A DNA stretch of 62,922 nt, counting the filler, from Chiloscyllium plagiosum (lineage: Eukaryota), in the NCBI RefSeq assembly GCF_004010195.1. It is 5 parts of one record of this genome, joined end to end, with 100 filler letters (N's around TTAATTAATTAA, not from the genome) between each part and the next. Parts side by side here need not be neighbours in the genome. Positions count along the whole stretch, not along the records: positions 1 to 26,922 come from NC_057712.1; positions 27,023 to 45,634 come from NC_057712.1; 3 more parts are not named here. One strand, written 5' to 3'. The notes beneath the pieces are model-generated. The model searched no databases, had not been told where the DNA came from, and worked only from the letters and a program-made list of their open reading frames with translations. The position numbers were made by a program, and so were the translations under genes. Shown one piece after another: positions 26,839 to 39,593 of the stretch. The stretch's first letter is position 1, and each line of letters opens with the position of its first letter.

Positions 26839-26922
26839 TTAGTGGTGCTAGAAGAGCACAGCAGTTCAGGCAGCATCCGAGGACAGGCAAAATCGACGTT
26901 TCAGGCAAAAGCCCTTAATTAG

Positions 26923-27022
26923 NNNNNNNNNNNNNNNNNNNNNNNNNNNNNNNNNNNNNNNNNNNNTTAATTAATTAANNNNNNNNNNNNNNNNNNNNNN
27001 NNNNNNNNNNNNNNNNNNNNNN
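26923..27022. other. Artificial scaffold spacer 44N-TTAATTAATTAA-44N
   Basis: The same 100-bp pattern recurs at 45635-45734, 51330-51429 and 59867-59966. Confidence 0.95.
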
Positions 27023-27213
27023 GCGGGTCGTGAGTTCATGGAATGCCCTGCCAGTAGCAGTGGTAGACTCTCCCTCATTATGGGCATTTAAGCGGGCATT
27101 GGATAGGCATATGGAGGATAGTGGGCTAGTGTAGGTTAGGTGGGCTTGGATCGGCGCAACATCGAGGGCCGAAGGGCCTGTACTGCGCTGTATTCTTCTA
27201 TGTTCTATGTTCT
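27023..27213 (+). mobile_element. Young CR1 3' end
   Basis: RVVSSWNALP...FKRALDRHM, CpG-intact 3' UTR and TTCTATG tail. Confidence 0.85.
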
Positions 27214-27699
27214 GTCCCAATTTTGGCAGAGACACTTAGAGGTCAGTGAGGAACAAATTGAATAGTTAATAGGGCTGTGTCATTTTGGGTGTCTTGGTCA
27301 ATGCAACATAGCCTATCCAGTTTCATTCACTTTATCAGAATTTGTAGCAGCTGAAAGTCAACCACACAGCTGTAAAAATGGAGTCACATGCAGATTTTCC
27401 TTCCCTAAAGGAGGTCAGCGAATCAGGAGAGTTGTTAGGACAATAGTTTTGTGGTGATCATAAGAGTACACTTAAATTCCAGTTTAATAACGGAATTCAA
27501 ATTTCACCATCTGCTGTGTTGGATTCGGACCCTTGTCACCGCAGCATTAACCCAGGTCCCTGGGCTACAAAACCAGTGACAATACTACCATCTCCCAAAA
27601 ATATACTCTTATAATAAGTCTAATGAAAGAAGTTGGCAATATCAGTTCATTATCTAACAATAGAAGCAATGTGGTCTCCCCTAGAATGCGTACAACGAA

Positions 27700-28325
27700 C
27701 GCAGACTGTGTGACTGGTTTGCAGAAACTCTATGTTCTGTCTGTAAAAATGAGGCTGAGCTTCCAGTTATCTGCCACTGTATCCCCATACCAACATCTCT
27801 CTCTCAGGCCTGCTATAGTACTCCTATGAGGCTCAGAGCAAGCTGGAGGAACATCAGTTCAATTTCTGACTGGGGACAGTGCAGTCTTCAGGATTCAATA
27901 ACAAGTTCAATAATTTGAGAGCCTGAACACCTGCTTCCAAGTCTTTTACCCACTCCCACACCCAGGACCTAACATGACATAGGTTGCTTGCAGCACAGCC
28001 AACTCATTTTCACCCATTTTAATCCAGAGTATCACCTATCTAGCTTTTCTTCTTCCCTCACTTACTATTAACAATTCTCTATTCCTCCCTCATTCTCTCT
28101 CTCTCTCTCTGGGCTCTGTCACCACCTATCAGCTCACTCCTTCCCCCACCCAACAACTCTTTGTCATCAAGATAATATCACTTCTTCCCAGATGCTGTCA
28201 GTTCTAAAGGGTTTCTGGACTCAACGTTAACTCTGCTTTCTCTCCACAGATGTTGCTTGACTTGTTGACTTTCTCCAGCAATTTTTGTTTTTGATGAAGA
28301 TTTCTAGCATCCAAAAGTTCTTCAT
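27700..28325 (+). mobile_element. Penelope-like element: GIY-YIG C-terminus, 3' region and family B tail
   Basis: 27829-27925 reads EAQSKLEEHQFNF*LGTVQSSGFNNKFNNLRA*, like the PLE endonuclease end (EQHLIFRLGTLQPxGLN). It is physically linked to a decayed hammerhead-like tail at about 28200. Confidence 0.7.
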
Positions 28326-28644
28326 TTTATTATCGTGGACTTAATAGGTATGGTTGCAGTCTGGGCTGGCTGCCGAAAAGGCCAACAGCAAGAGTACTGG
28401 CAAAGTGAGAAAATAATAAATGCTGTCATCCTGAGAGAGGAAGCAGGTTTGTGCTCTGTGAAAATCAATGTCACTTCTCTGAGGAGGCAAGTCAGCAATA
28501 GTAGTAAACTACACATCTCTATGACTCTATATTTTGGAGGATAGATTGCTGGATTATTGTGACTTCAATAAACTCTTTTAAATAATGGCACTGGTCCAGG
28601 TTCAATATATATCAGTCAGGTTAACAAAGCTAAAAGCATCTAGC

Positions 28645-28828
28645 AGAAAGTGAGGACTGCAGATGCTGGAGATCAGAGCTGAAAAATGTGTTGCTGGGGA
28701 AGCGCAGCAGGTCAGGCAGTATCAAAGGAGCAGGAGAATTGACATTTCGGGCTTATGCCCGAAACGTCGATTCTCCTGCTCCTTTGATGCTGCCTGACCT
28801 GCTGCGCTTTTCCAGCAACACATTTTTC
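28645..28828. mobile_element. Fold-back PLE-tail element (family A) with centre collapsed at stem II
   Basis: Arms meet at TTTCGGGC-TTAT-GCCCGAAA. 16-bp direct repeat CAAAGCTAAAAGCATC at 28625-28640 and 28828-28843. Confidence 0.8.
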
Positions 28829-29313
28829 AAAGCTAAAAGCATCACTAGTTCTATAGTGCATAAGGAGCGAATGCCAGCTAACGCAACCAATATGATTAAT
28901 TTAATAAACAAACAGCAATTATTAATTAATCAACCTATATATTTATCAATCAGTTTGATTAATTTTGATTAATCATCACTATTTATCAAAAGTTGACATG
29001 CCATCCAAATTCAGACTTTCTCAAAATTCCCTTTGGATCAATACAGAACTAAAGTTTTAAATTAAAAGTTGCTTGATTCAAATACATACTAAAAGATTAA
29101 TCATTTAATCTAATTGATTGCTTCAATTGATGGGAATGAATTCATTTGGTACACTAGTTACCGGGGTTAAATTTTATTCTTTTCACAAATCCTTTTCAAT
29201 TTATAGTTCAATTTAAACAGAATTCACAATGAAGGTCTATTTTATCCTACTTGTAAAGGGAGATAAACCCCAACATTTCACTCCAATGACAATACATTAT
29301 TCCTAATACTTAC

Positions 29314-29446
29314 AGGAAGCAGTTTGTTATTTTCTGGTAGGGCATTTGCCAGTTTTTCCAAACCTTCATAATCCTCAAGCATGTAATAACACTCTGCCAG
29401 CCGCTCCTGATTCCGGCCTTGAACATAGTACTGAACAGCATTCATC
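29314..29446 (-). CDS. WDR35: WDR35 internal coding exon (last found in window)
   Basis: 133 nt, CAG/GTAAGT, reads (W)[44 protein letters not shown]. Confidence 0.96.
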
Positions 29447-30520
29447 CTGCAAGTGGAAAGGAGATTTGAAGTCACATTTGTTTGGATTGTTTTTGTTAAT
29501 TAAAGATTTTCACACAATAGCCAATTAAAAATTGGACAAAATTATCAACATGATCATATAAATCCAAATAGACTTTCTCATGTAAAAACCGAATAGCTGG
29601 ATACAAATTCTGAAGCTAGGATTCAGCAGAAATACATTTGTTAATCTGAGTCCTTAATGTAAATGATCAATTCTGTGCATCCAGTGATTAGTTTGACTTA
29701 TTAGCTTGAGCAATTATCAATACGATGTTATTTTTCCTTATCTAATCCATGTCAGAGAACACTGAGCAGGAACACTAAAAATACCCCTATCATTCTTTTC
29801 TACTTGTCAATATATCAGAACAGGTAAGAATCACTTTCTAACAAATTTGTATCAAACTGGTACAATAATTCAATAGTGAAAGTAAATTGCATATGTACAA
29901 TAAATTTAAAAGCTCAACCAGTTTTCCATCCTCTCATTCTGAATAGAGGTAAGTACTTCTGAATGTTTAGTTGGTTCACGCATTTAAAACCTAAACACAT
30001 TTTCGCTTACAGGATCCAGGTCCTTTGGGTGTGAACTTGCCAGAGGCAGATGCCTTGCCGGTGCTTCCTCTGAGGCATCTGTGCTCTCATCCTCTGAGAT
30101 AAAGGTGATAATCTCTTGCTGTTTGGCCCTCCTGGTCACAGCCACCATGAACTTACAGTTCGTATCTGCATGACACAAAAGAGATGTTGCAACCAAGTAC
30201 TAGACATTGTGGCATGTTAAGATGAAATACATATTGTGGGTAATGGGGAAGTAGCATAGCACAGAATATGTATTTTCAGCTATTGCTGAACACTCAGCTC
30301 TACTCTCCTGTACTTGGGTAAAGGTATTATGCAGTTGTTCAAATAATTTAGCTCAATTACCCAAATAGGCCTGCTTCTGCCATTCCCCTAATGAAGCTCC
30401 TTGAGCTGTGGGCCCAAGAACTTGAACTGCCTAAATTGTATGCCATAAATTTTCAGCTTTCACTATTGTGCACAACTCTTACCACTTTGCAGCCATTTCT
30501 TTTTGGTACTAGATCTCTTT

Positions 30521-31900
30521 GGGAGGAAATTTACCGTTTTTTAGCTAAGTGTCATTTTTAAGTTTCATAAAGGGCTTCTCTTTCTGAGGACTAGCAAGTT
30601 ACCTCAAGCCACCTTTCTAAACTCGCCTCATTTACTACCTACCAAACACAAAAGCTCTCACTCTCATATGATGCTAGCCCAATTTTTCCACTTCCCGTAG
30701 CTAGAAGTACTTGTTGCTGGCCAGATATTCCAGGATAGACCAACATTACTGACACTGGTGGCACATTTATTTTGCATGCTAGTCAAGCACAGCTCAAGGA
30801 GCTGTCCTGTAAGATTCAATTTAATCACCTCAGGCACGGCAGGTAAAAGGAAAGTGGTCGCCCGCTTCGGGGACTTGGACCTGGAACAAAGGTGAGATGT
30901 CCTTTTCACCCAGGATAACAAGAGGAGGCTTCAACACCAGAGCAGCCAGCTTGGTCGAAGATCACCCCCAGTTAGTGCAGTAATGGCAGTCCAGAATCTC
31001 ATTGACTGCTGCTCTCTATTTTGCATGTAAAGTCTTCCCTTACTTGCTGTTAATCTATCCCAAACTGCTAAGCTTGCATGTCCTCAGCCTTGACTACGCA
31101 CTCACTTGGCAAAAGTGAGGACTGCAGATGCTGGAGATTAGAGTCAAGAGTGGCAGCTGGAAAAGCACAGCAGGTCAGGCAGCATCCGAGGAGCAGGAAA
31201 ATCGACGTTTCGGGCAAAAGCCCTTCCATTCCTGATGAAGTGTTTATGCCCAAAATGTCGATTTTCTTGCTCCTTGGATGCTGCCTGACCTGCTGTGCAT
31301 TTCCAGCACCACACTCTTGACTACTCACTCACTTGGGACAACTGACTGCTTCTCCTGCAACAGCTGTGCCACCCACATTCATCTCACTCATTCCCTCCCC
31401 TCACCCTAACTTCTCTCTTTTAAGGAGAAAATGCCTATAACAGTGCTGAAGGGGATGGCTGTTGGGGTATCCAACATTCAGTTCCTCATCCGCTAGAAGG
31501 AGAGAATCTTGGGCCTCGCCAGAGAAGGTCAGGATTGCTTCTGTGAAGGTGCTGAGAATTCCATGTCCATTGCTGTGCTACTTCCCCATTACTCACAATA
31601 TGTATTTCATTTTAACATGCCACAATCTCTAGCACTTGTTTGCAACATCTCTTTTGTGACATGCAGATACAAGCTGTAAGTCCATGGTGGCCATGGTCAA
31701 GAGGGCCACACAGCAGGAGATTACCACCTTTACCTCAGAGGATGAGAGCACGGATGCCTCAGAGGAAGCACCGGCAAGGCATTTGCCTCTGGCAAGTTCA
31801 CACTCAACGTACCTGAATCCTCTGAGCAAAAATGCCACTAGAGACAACTGACCAAACCTATAAGGGTCACTGTAGGGTAGACTACCTTCCCCACAGGTGT
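30521..31900 (+). mobile_element. Decayed Harbinger Myb/SANT gene remnant in a WDR35 intron
   Basis: From 30836 reads (ACG)AGKRKVVARFGDLDLEQR*DVLFTQDNKRR/PAWSKI. Second exon after an AG near 31424 reads EK/AYNSAE/GVSNIQFLIR*KERILGLA. Confidence 0.6.
31110..31320. mobile_element. Fold-back PLE-tail element (family A)
   Basis: Inverted arms centred near 31229. 21-bp direct repeat CTTGACTAC(G/T)CACTCACTTGG at 31089-31109 and 31316-31336. Confidence 0.8.
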
Positions 31901-32254
31901 GGACACCAGGACTGCATCCAAATGTAATAGAAGAGTGGGGATGAAGTCCTTCTGAGGCCACCATTATGAACAATTATTCATGTTTGAAGGGCCTCATGTT
32001 TCTCAGATAATAAGGAAATGGAATGGAGAGGCTATATGGTCCAATTGTTCTTTTTTGCCAAAACATCTGTGTTCCTGAAATTTCACTGATATTCTCATCT
32101 CCACTGGCAGAATTGCAGAATTTAAATGGCTAATTTTTACTATTTCTCTGATGTATTAATCAACTTTCATTCAATTTACGACAAGAAACTGTGAGAATGT
32201 TCACAGAACTTCAAGACCTCCCACTGTCTAGTTGGATAACAACGCTGTTACTTA

Positions 32255-32503
<249 letters not shown>

Positions 32504-32577
32504 TTACCGCCCAATGAGCTCTACCTCATATGAGTACATATGCATAAATACTGCATGCTACTCCCAAAACCAACTGA

Positions 32578-32713
32578 ATAAAAACGGAAAGAACTGCAGA
32601 TGCTGTAAATCAGAAACAAAAGCAGAAATTGCTGGAAAAACTCGGCAGGTTGGGTAGCATCTGTGGAGAGAAATCAGAGTTAACCTTTTGGATCCAGTGA
32701 CTCTTTTTCAGAA
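32578..32713 (-). mobile_element. PLE tail (family B)
   Basis: Minus strand TGTT-CTGAAAA-A-GAGTC-ACTG-GATCC-AAAAGGTT-AACT followed by the family tail. Confidence 0.7.
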
Positions 32714-34487
32714 CACAACTGGATAACTGACAAATTTCAAACACTTTTATAATCCTGTCGTTAATCTCTAGCCTGATGACATTCTACCAATGGCCACCCA
32801 TCCGTCTGCCAACCTATGATTCCTATGAAAATCCTAGTCCAGCAGGAATCCTACTCCAAGCCCAATATTTAAGGATCAACTTTCAAAAGAAGTTTGTCAC
32901 TTCAACTTCAACTGCTCTTCTTGGGTGACTGCACCTACAGGTTGGTGGATATCTAAAGCAAAGGCATTAACTTAAACAGGTAACACTTGCAAGGCAGCTA
33001 TGGTTGCTGAGCAAATGGGAAACCTGGCTCCCAGGCCATGTTTAAGTACGCCAGGGCAACCTCCTACCCATAGTGATGTCATAGCTGGTGGCAGAAGTAA
33101 ACATCATATTGGAGTCTGAGGAAAGTGGGGTCAAAGACAATGTTCCCCATTCTAATCAAATAAGTACAAGCAGATTATTTGAATCCCATTACCAATACTG
33201 GGAAGGATAAACAATGCTGGGACTGAAAAACTGAAAGACTCTTCATGGAGTCTAATTGATAATTCTAAACTTTACTTTGGCTTTTTTTGGTCACTCATGA
33301 CTACAGATGTTAAAATGCCATTACTGATTATATCATCATCAAGACTTTTCAATGTCAGTTGGCTGGTTTGCAGGGATCAATGCTCTTCTGGTGCCCAAAT
33401 TAATATAAATGAAACCAGTGGTGTGGAATGGGTAGGAATATGCTGTTGCTTTTAAGACAATCTCAACATTTTACCGCTTGCCTACACCATTCCTTTCAGA
33501 TCGGGGCATTAAAATCAACCGAACACTGCTTCAAACTTCTGGTACACCATAATGATTTCAACTCGTCATTCTGTACTCTATATCAAATAACATTCTTAAA
33601 TCAACAAAATCAGACTGAAATGTCTTGATTAAGATTTAGGTCAATAAACATTCTGCTAATGAAGAACCTAAGCTTTATAAGTCTCTAAGCTAAGAGCGCC
33701 AAATTCTAGAATTAGGAAAGGACAAAAACTACTACAAAAGCACTAAATGATCCCTTAAGAATAAAATCAGAAAATTTCCTATCTTTGTTTGGCTAAAGGA
33801 CCATCCCAGGTACCTGTGTCACACCGTGAATTTGACTTGTCTATATGTAACAATATTACTCCTTTAGTTTGTCATCAACTGGATTGTACTGAGTTTTACT
33901 GGAACTAATTAGCAGAACATGAACAATAGTGCCAAATAGCCATTCCAGTATGACATAAACAGGAGTCAAAGGTTCAGCAGAATCACTAACTTGAATCCAC
34001 CTAGTAGCCAATCTGATCTTGCAGCAGCAGCACCAAATACTCAAGACAGTCAGTATGTGAAGTGAGTTGAAAAAGTCCAAAAACAACTTGTACAAATCCA
34101 AGCCCTACCAAACCAAAATCTTTTAACAGTATACAGTAATCAACATTAAATAACTCCATTTGTGTTGTGTATTTTACAGCAGAGGGAAGGCAAATTAAGT
34201 TCACAAAATGGCCATTGTCATAATGTCAACAGCTTTTTTGGTGCCCCTCTGCTTTTGAATTTCCATCCTTTATGTCTTTGCTCTCCACTCCATACTCTTC
34301 TCCCATTATGACATCTCATTGAAACTTAAATTTCAGTCAGGTCAGACCTGCAATGTCAAAAGACTGAAATTCATAAAAATTTCAAAACACTTCCAAATGA
34401 TAAACATTTCATAAGGAAAGCTACACAACACCTTTAAGAGTTTTTGGTCTAAACCAGTGTAACTATTTCTATAAGTATCATGAACAC

Positions 34488-34691
34488 CTTCTATCCATGT
34501 TTAGATACATTCTCTCAGCTTCCTCAAATCTTCCAAAATATGCTGCAACTTCCGCTTGTTTCATGGATTCACTTTGAAGATTTCCTAGACGTTTTACAAA
34601 CTCAATCCCCTGGTAATCCTTACAACGGACAAATGCCTGTTCTGCTGTTTTAAGGTCAAGTCTCTGTAGAGCAGCTTCTGCAAGTAAGCGC
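34488..34691 (-). CDS. WDR35: WDR35 internal coding exon
   Basis: 204 nt, AG/GT, reads (W)[67 protein letters not shown]+AG, in phase with neighbours. Confidence 0.96.
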
Positions 34692-35057
34692 CTAAAATAC
34701 AAAGTAAGAATTCAATTAGCTATATTTCATTTTATTCTAAGAAAATAGTGCTTCGTGTTTTGAAGACAACACAGTGGTATAAATAAAATGTCAGTTTAAG
34801 TTTTGCATGCCTTAATTGGAGTTATGCTGAGTAATGGTGCAATCTAGCTGTACAAATCTGCATCACAATGTAATTCTAGCTCAGTCTAAAGCCACACATT
34901 GATGACACACTTTTTGTTGAAGCTTCAATAAACTTCTACAATTTCAAACTTTCTCCTATTATCAAAAATTAACCACCACCACCACGAATGCATGAAACCA
35001 CATATAAGCATATAGCTCTGTTATAACTTGATTTTATTTAGTTGAGGATCACAATGT

Positions 35058-35955
35058 TATAGAGTCATAGAGTAATACAGCATGGAAATAGGCCCTTCAG
35101 CCCAAACTAGTCCATGTTGCTAGTTCCAATTGCCCACATTTGGTCCATCTCCCTCTATACCCTTCCCATCCATGTACCTATCCAAATGTTTTTTAAACAT
35201 TCTTCAGCCAGAGAGTGGTGAGCCTGTGGAATTCATTGCCACAGAGTGCAGTGGAGGCTGGGACGCCAAATGTCTTCAAGGCAGAAATTGCTAAATTCTT
35301 GATGTCACAAGGAATTAAGGGCTACAGGGAGAATGTAGGTAAGTGGAGTTGAAATGCCCATCAGCCATGATTGAATGGCGGAGTGGACTCGATGGACCGA
35401 ATGGCTTTACTTCCGTTCCTATGTCTTATGATCTTATGGTCTTAAATGTTGCTATTATGCTTGCCTCAACCACTTTCTCTGGCAGCCCATTCCATACATG
35501 CACCACTCCCTGTGTGAAAAAGCTGTCTGTCAAGGTGTTCTTAAATCTTTCCCCTCTTATCTGAAACTATCAATTGAAACTAGTTTTTAATTCCACATCC
35601 CTGGGAAAAAGACTATATGCATTCATCCTATCTATGCCCCGCATGATTTTATATACCTCAATAAGGTCATCTCTCATTCTCCTACATTCCAAAGAAGAAA
35701 ACCCTATCCTGGTCAACCTCTTCCTTATAACTCAGGCCTACTAGTACTGGCAACATCCTCATAAATCTTCTTTTCATTCTTTCCAGTTTAAGTATGTCTT
35801 TCCTATAACAGGGTGACTCCAAGTACAGCCTCCTCAGCGACTTATACAACTCTAACATAACATCCCAACTCCTATACTCAATGCCTCAACTGAAGGCCAG
35901 CATGCTAAATGCCTTCTTCTTCACCCAGTCTACCTGTGACACTGCTTTCAATGAA
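35058..35955 (-). mobile_element. CR1 3' fragment with a nested opposite-strand CR1 3' end (about 35197-35441)
   Basis: ATAGAGTC-type tail at 35058. The inner element ends in TCTTATG repeats and the host resumes at TTAAATGTTGC. Confidence 0.8.
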
Positions 35956-37139
35956 ATAAGATTCTGCCAATAGTGTATGACAGACAGGAGGCACCATTCT
36001 GACATCAGTAACTGGCAGCATAAATGTAGCTTACTGTGAGAAAATCAGATATTAGCTGAAATAAATGCAAAAGAAGTTTCCTAAAAAAGAAACTGACATA
36101 ATTAAAATAATAAATGCATAATCCTAGGAAAAGTTCATCCTGGATCATATTTCTTTTAAAAAGTCAATCATTTTTAGTCCATTTTAAAAGTAAAAAGACC
36201 AAAATAAACAACTCACCAGCATAGTCACAGTTGTGTATTTAAAGATGCAATTATCCTACAATCTTTAATGACAGTAATATCAAAATACATGTATGGGCAG
36301 CGAACACAAAACAATAAAAGTCATGGGGGAGGGAATTCTCATAAAAAGCAATTTGTCCTCTGATTTATTGATGAACAACAAAAAATTCTATTGATTTAGC
36401 ACCTTTAATGCTGCAAAATGTCTATGCCAATAACACCACTGGTCACTAAAGTTTTGGTGTTAATGACTTTTACTCCTTTCTTAATTTCTGACATTGTATT
36501 CACAGAAATTGTCTTTCTTAATGTGAAGGAAAATCTAGATTAATATTTTAATTATTAAACATATTGTGCTAACTTCTCACAAGTTTGAGTCCACTGCTGA
36601 TATGGCAGTTAAATAACAGGGTGTTAGTACTGGCTGTAGCAATGCAGGCAGAGAAAAGTTGTTACGCTGCCGAGATCAGAAGCAATAGATACAAATTAAT
36701 CTGACATCAAGATCCCCACAGCCATTTCTAATTTTGATTATCAAAATTAATCTATTTAAATTCCATGCACATACATTTTCCCTATACTATTCTTCAAGCT
36801 CTTTAAGCCCACAAAGTCTGCATTTTCACTTGTGAAATACAATGCACAAAGACTTCTCTTGTAAAATAATATCCTATTTGCATTCTTGTGAACATAAAGA
36901 GTTGGACACTGACATGACATGCAACATCATGACCCTCACAGATGTATGTGAAGTGGCACAACCTGGTGATCCAAAAATGAAACCCCCAAAAGTAAGGTTA
37001 AGACTAAAGAAAGGCACCACAATCATGCTGAGAGCTACAATTAAAGACGCAGAAGGCTCACCAGATCTACAATACCCAACAATGCTGATTGAAAGCCAAG
37101 TGATTATGAGAAATTGGCTCCTTAACCTTCGTTCACAAT

Positions 37140-38160
37140 AAAAATCAATTGTTTAGACTGTGGACGAAACATCATATTTCCAAATTTGTGAATGGCACAA
37201 AACTAAGTGGGAATATGTGTTGTGAAAAAGTTGTAAAGCAGCTTCAGGAGGATTTGGATAGGCTTATTGAATGGACAAGAACATAGCAAATGGAATATAA
37301 TGTGGAAAGAATGTGAGGATTATCCACAGTGGTAGGAGAAACAGATGTGCAAGGTTTGCTTAAATGAAGTTGAAAAGTGTAAATGTACATAAGGACCTAG
37401 GTGTAGACATTGAAAAGCTACTGAAGGCTAACATGTAACAAGGTGTAGCAAGCCATTAGGAAGACTAATGGAATGTTTCTGTCATTGCAAGAGGATTTGA
37501 GTACAACAGGAGTGAAGACTTGTTTCAATTGTAAAGAAGCTTAGTTAGGCTGTGCCTGGAGCACTGTGTGCAGTTTTGGTCTCCTTATCTCAGGAAAGAT
37601 AATTAGCCACTGAGAGAGTGCAGTGAGTGTTCACCAGACCTGTTCATGGAATTGCAGGACAGTCCTATGAAGAGACTGAGAGAGATTGAGAGATGTGTGA
37701 ACTCTGAAGAAGGGACACCGGACTCGACACACTAATGTTGAGAGAGCTGCTGAGTTTCTTCAGCAATTCCTGTTTTTGGGCAATCTAAGCCTGTATTCTT
37801 TAGAAAATTTGAAGAATGCGTTTCCTCACTTAAACTTACAAAATACATAAAGAGATAGATAGGGTAGATCCATGTAAGATGTTTGCCTGGTTGGGGATTC
37901 TAGAAAGAGGGTCCAAGTTGAGGAAAAATGTTTTTACTCAGAATGTTCTGAGCCTTTGAAATTCTCTGCCACAAAGGGCTGTGAAAGATCAGTCTTTGAC
38001 TATGTACATCGTAGAAATTGATAGATCTCTGATTACCAGTGGCATACAGGATTATGGGGGAGAGGTGGCTAAATGTCAATGAAGGGTTTGATCAGTCAAG
38101 ATCACACTGAACGGCAGAGGCAATTCACAGGATTAATGGACTACTCTTGTACCTATGTTC
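37140..38160 (+). mobile_element. Old CR1 3' fragment
   Basis: Decayed LEHCVQFWSPYLRKD and WNSLP-like motifs, with a small PLE tail piece at about 37700-37780. Confidence 0.75.
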
Positions 38161-39593
38161 CTTTCACAAACAAAGTGCAGATGGCCATGAAAGTGCAAGT
38201 GAGAAAACAGAGCATTTACCTGCATTTAAAGCATAAAGTGATGAGGAAATACTCACACATGATATCCTTTTAAGATCTCCAAAAACATTGATGTCAACAC
38301 CCAGCAACAGGATTGGAGTCCACATGTCCTAATAGTGGAAACGACGATGGATTCTACCAGGATCCCAGCTAAGTCAAATATTTAAAGTTTGTCTCCCACC
38401 ATTGCCAAATTATTTTGATAAAATATGAAACTGGCTCTTGGCTCGACATTACAGGAGTTTGCCCAGCTTTGTCATATCTACAAAAAGAATAAACCAGCCT
38501 CCTTCCAACCATTAGTAAATTGAAGGTTGGGACTTTTACCGATGCCACCAAGTACCATTGAATTACCAACAATCCCCTCAGAATGGGTTTATTCAGAATA
38601 ACAAAGTTCAAGCAGAAAACATAGACAGGATCTAAAGATTAACACATTTGACTTAAAAGAGGCAACATTCAACAGGGTATGATATCAGGGAGCCCGAGAG
38701 AAACAGATGCATGAAAAATCAAAGGCTAAATTCTCCAGTAGGTGAAATATCTGTTGACACAACGAAAGAGTAAAATGGCTATTAAAAGCTTCTGACATCA
38801 TTTAAACATCCTTAGAAAAGTGCCAGAGGTTGAACTATCTTTGACAGCAAGCTATTTTAACTTAAAATACATCAGTTCTAAATAGTCCTTTGTTTAAAAA
38901 ACAAGGTTCTTATGCTTCCTTACTTGGACCCAAAGTAAATTTGTATATTTTTCAGGTCTGTTTCATGCACTCTACTATATAGCCACCAGATCTGGATATT
39001 AAGTAGACCCAGTAGACTCTCAGCAAGTTTGAAAAGATTCCCAGAAGTTAGTAACTAATTTAGGGTTAATTTAATGTTTAGGCCCTTGTATTATGAGTAC
39101 CCTCTGAATATGAAAAAGTATTATATTTCAAGGTTTACATAATCAGTTTCAAAATAAAGGACAAGGAAAAAAGACTAATGCAGACATTTTCATTCTAGGA
39201 TGACGAAAAATGTACTTTCATGGCTCACAGTTAGTATATAGCTCCAGAGTTATTATACGGCTATACAAGCATTATGTAAAGCAATCCTGCTTAGATATCA
39301 AACGTAATCTACAAGCTTTAACATATTCTCAGTTTCCACTCAATAAATGCTGATATCAGGTACCCAAGCTCCTGTGTCTCAGACTGATGAACTGCTGCAT
39401 GACTCAAGTCAAAAATACCTCTGTGTTCCCTTTACCTCCAACAGTCACAGAATCCATTTATTTTGGTATCAAAGTACCTAAAAGTACCTTTTATGCTCTT
39501 TCAACACATAATTAAATGTAAAAGTTTCTTTTTAAATTTTATAATATTATCCTTTTAAAGAATAAATTGTTCTAAAAACTAAAACTCTTTTCT

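Noticed and set aside
26923..27022. TTAATTAATTAA palindrome as a biological site (also 45635, 51330, 59867)
   Set aside because: Always centred in exactly 44N+44N and has stops in all frames, so it is a scaffolding spacer.
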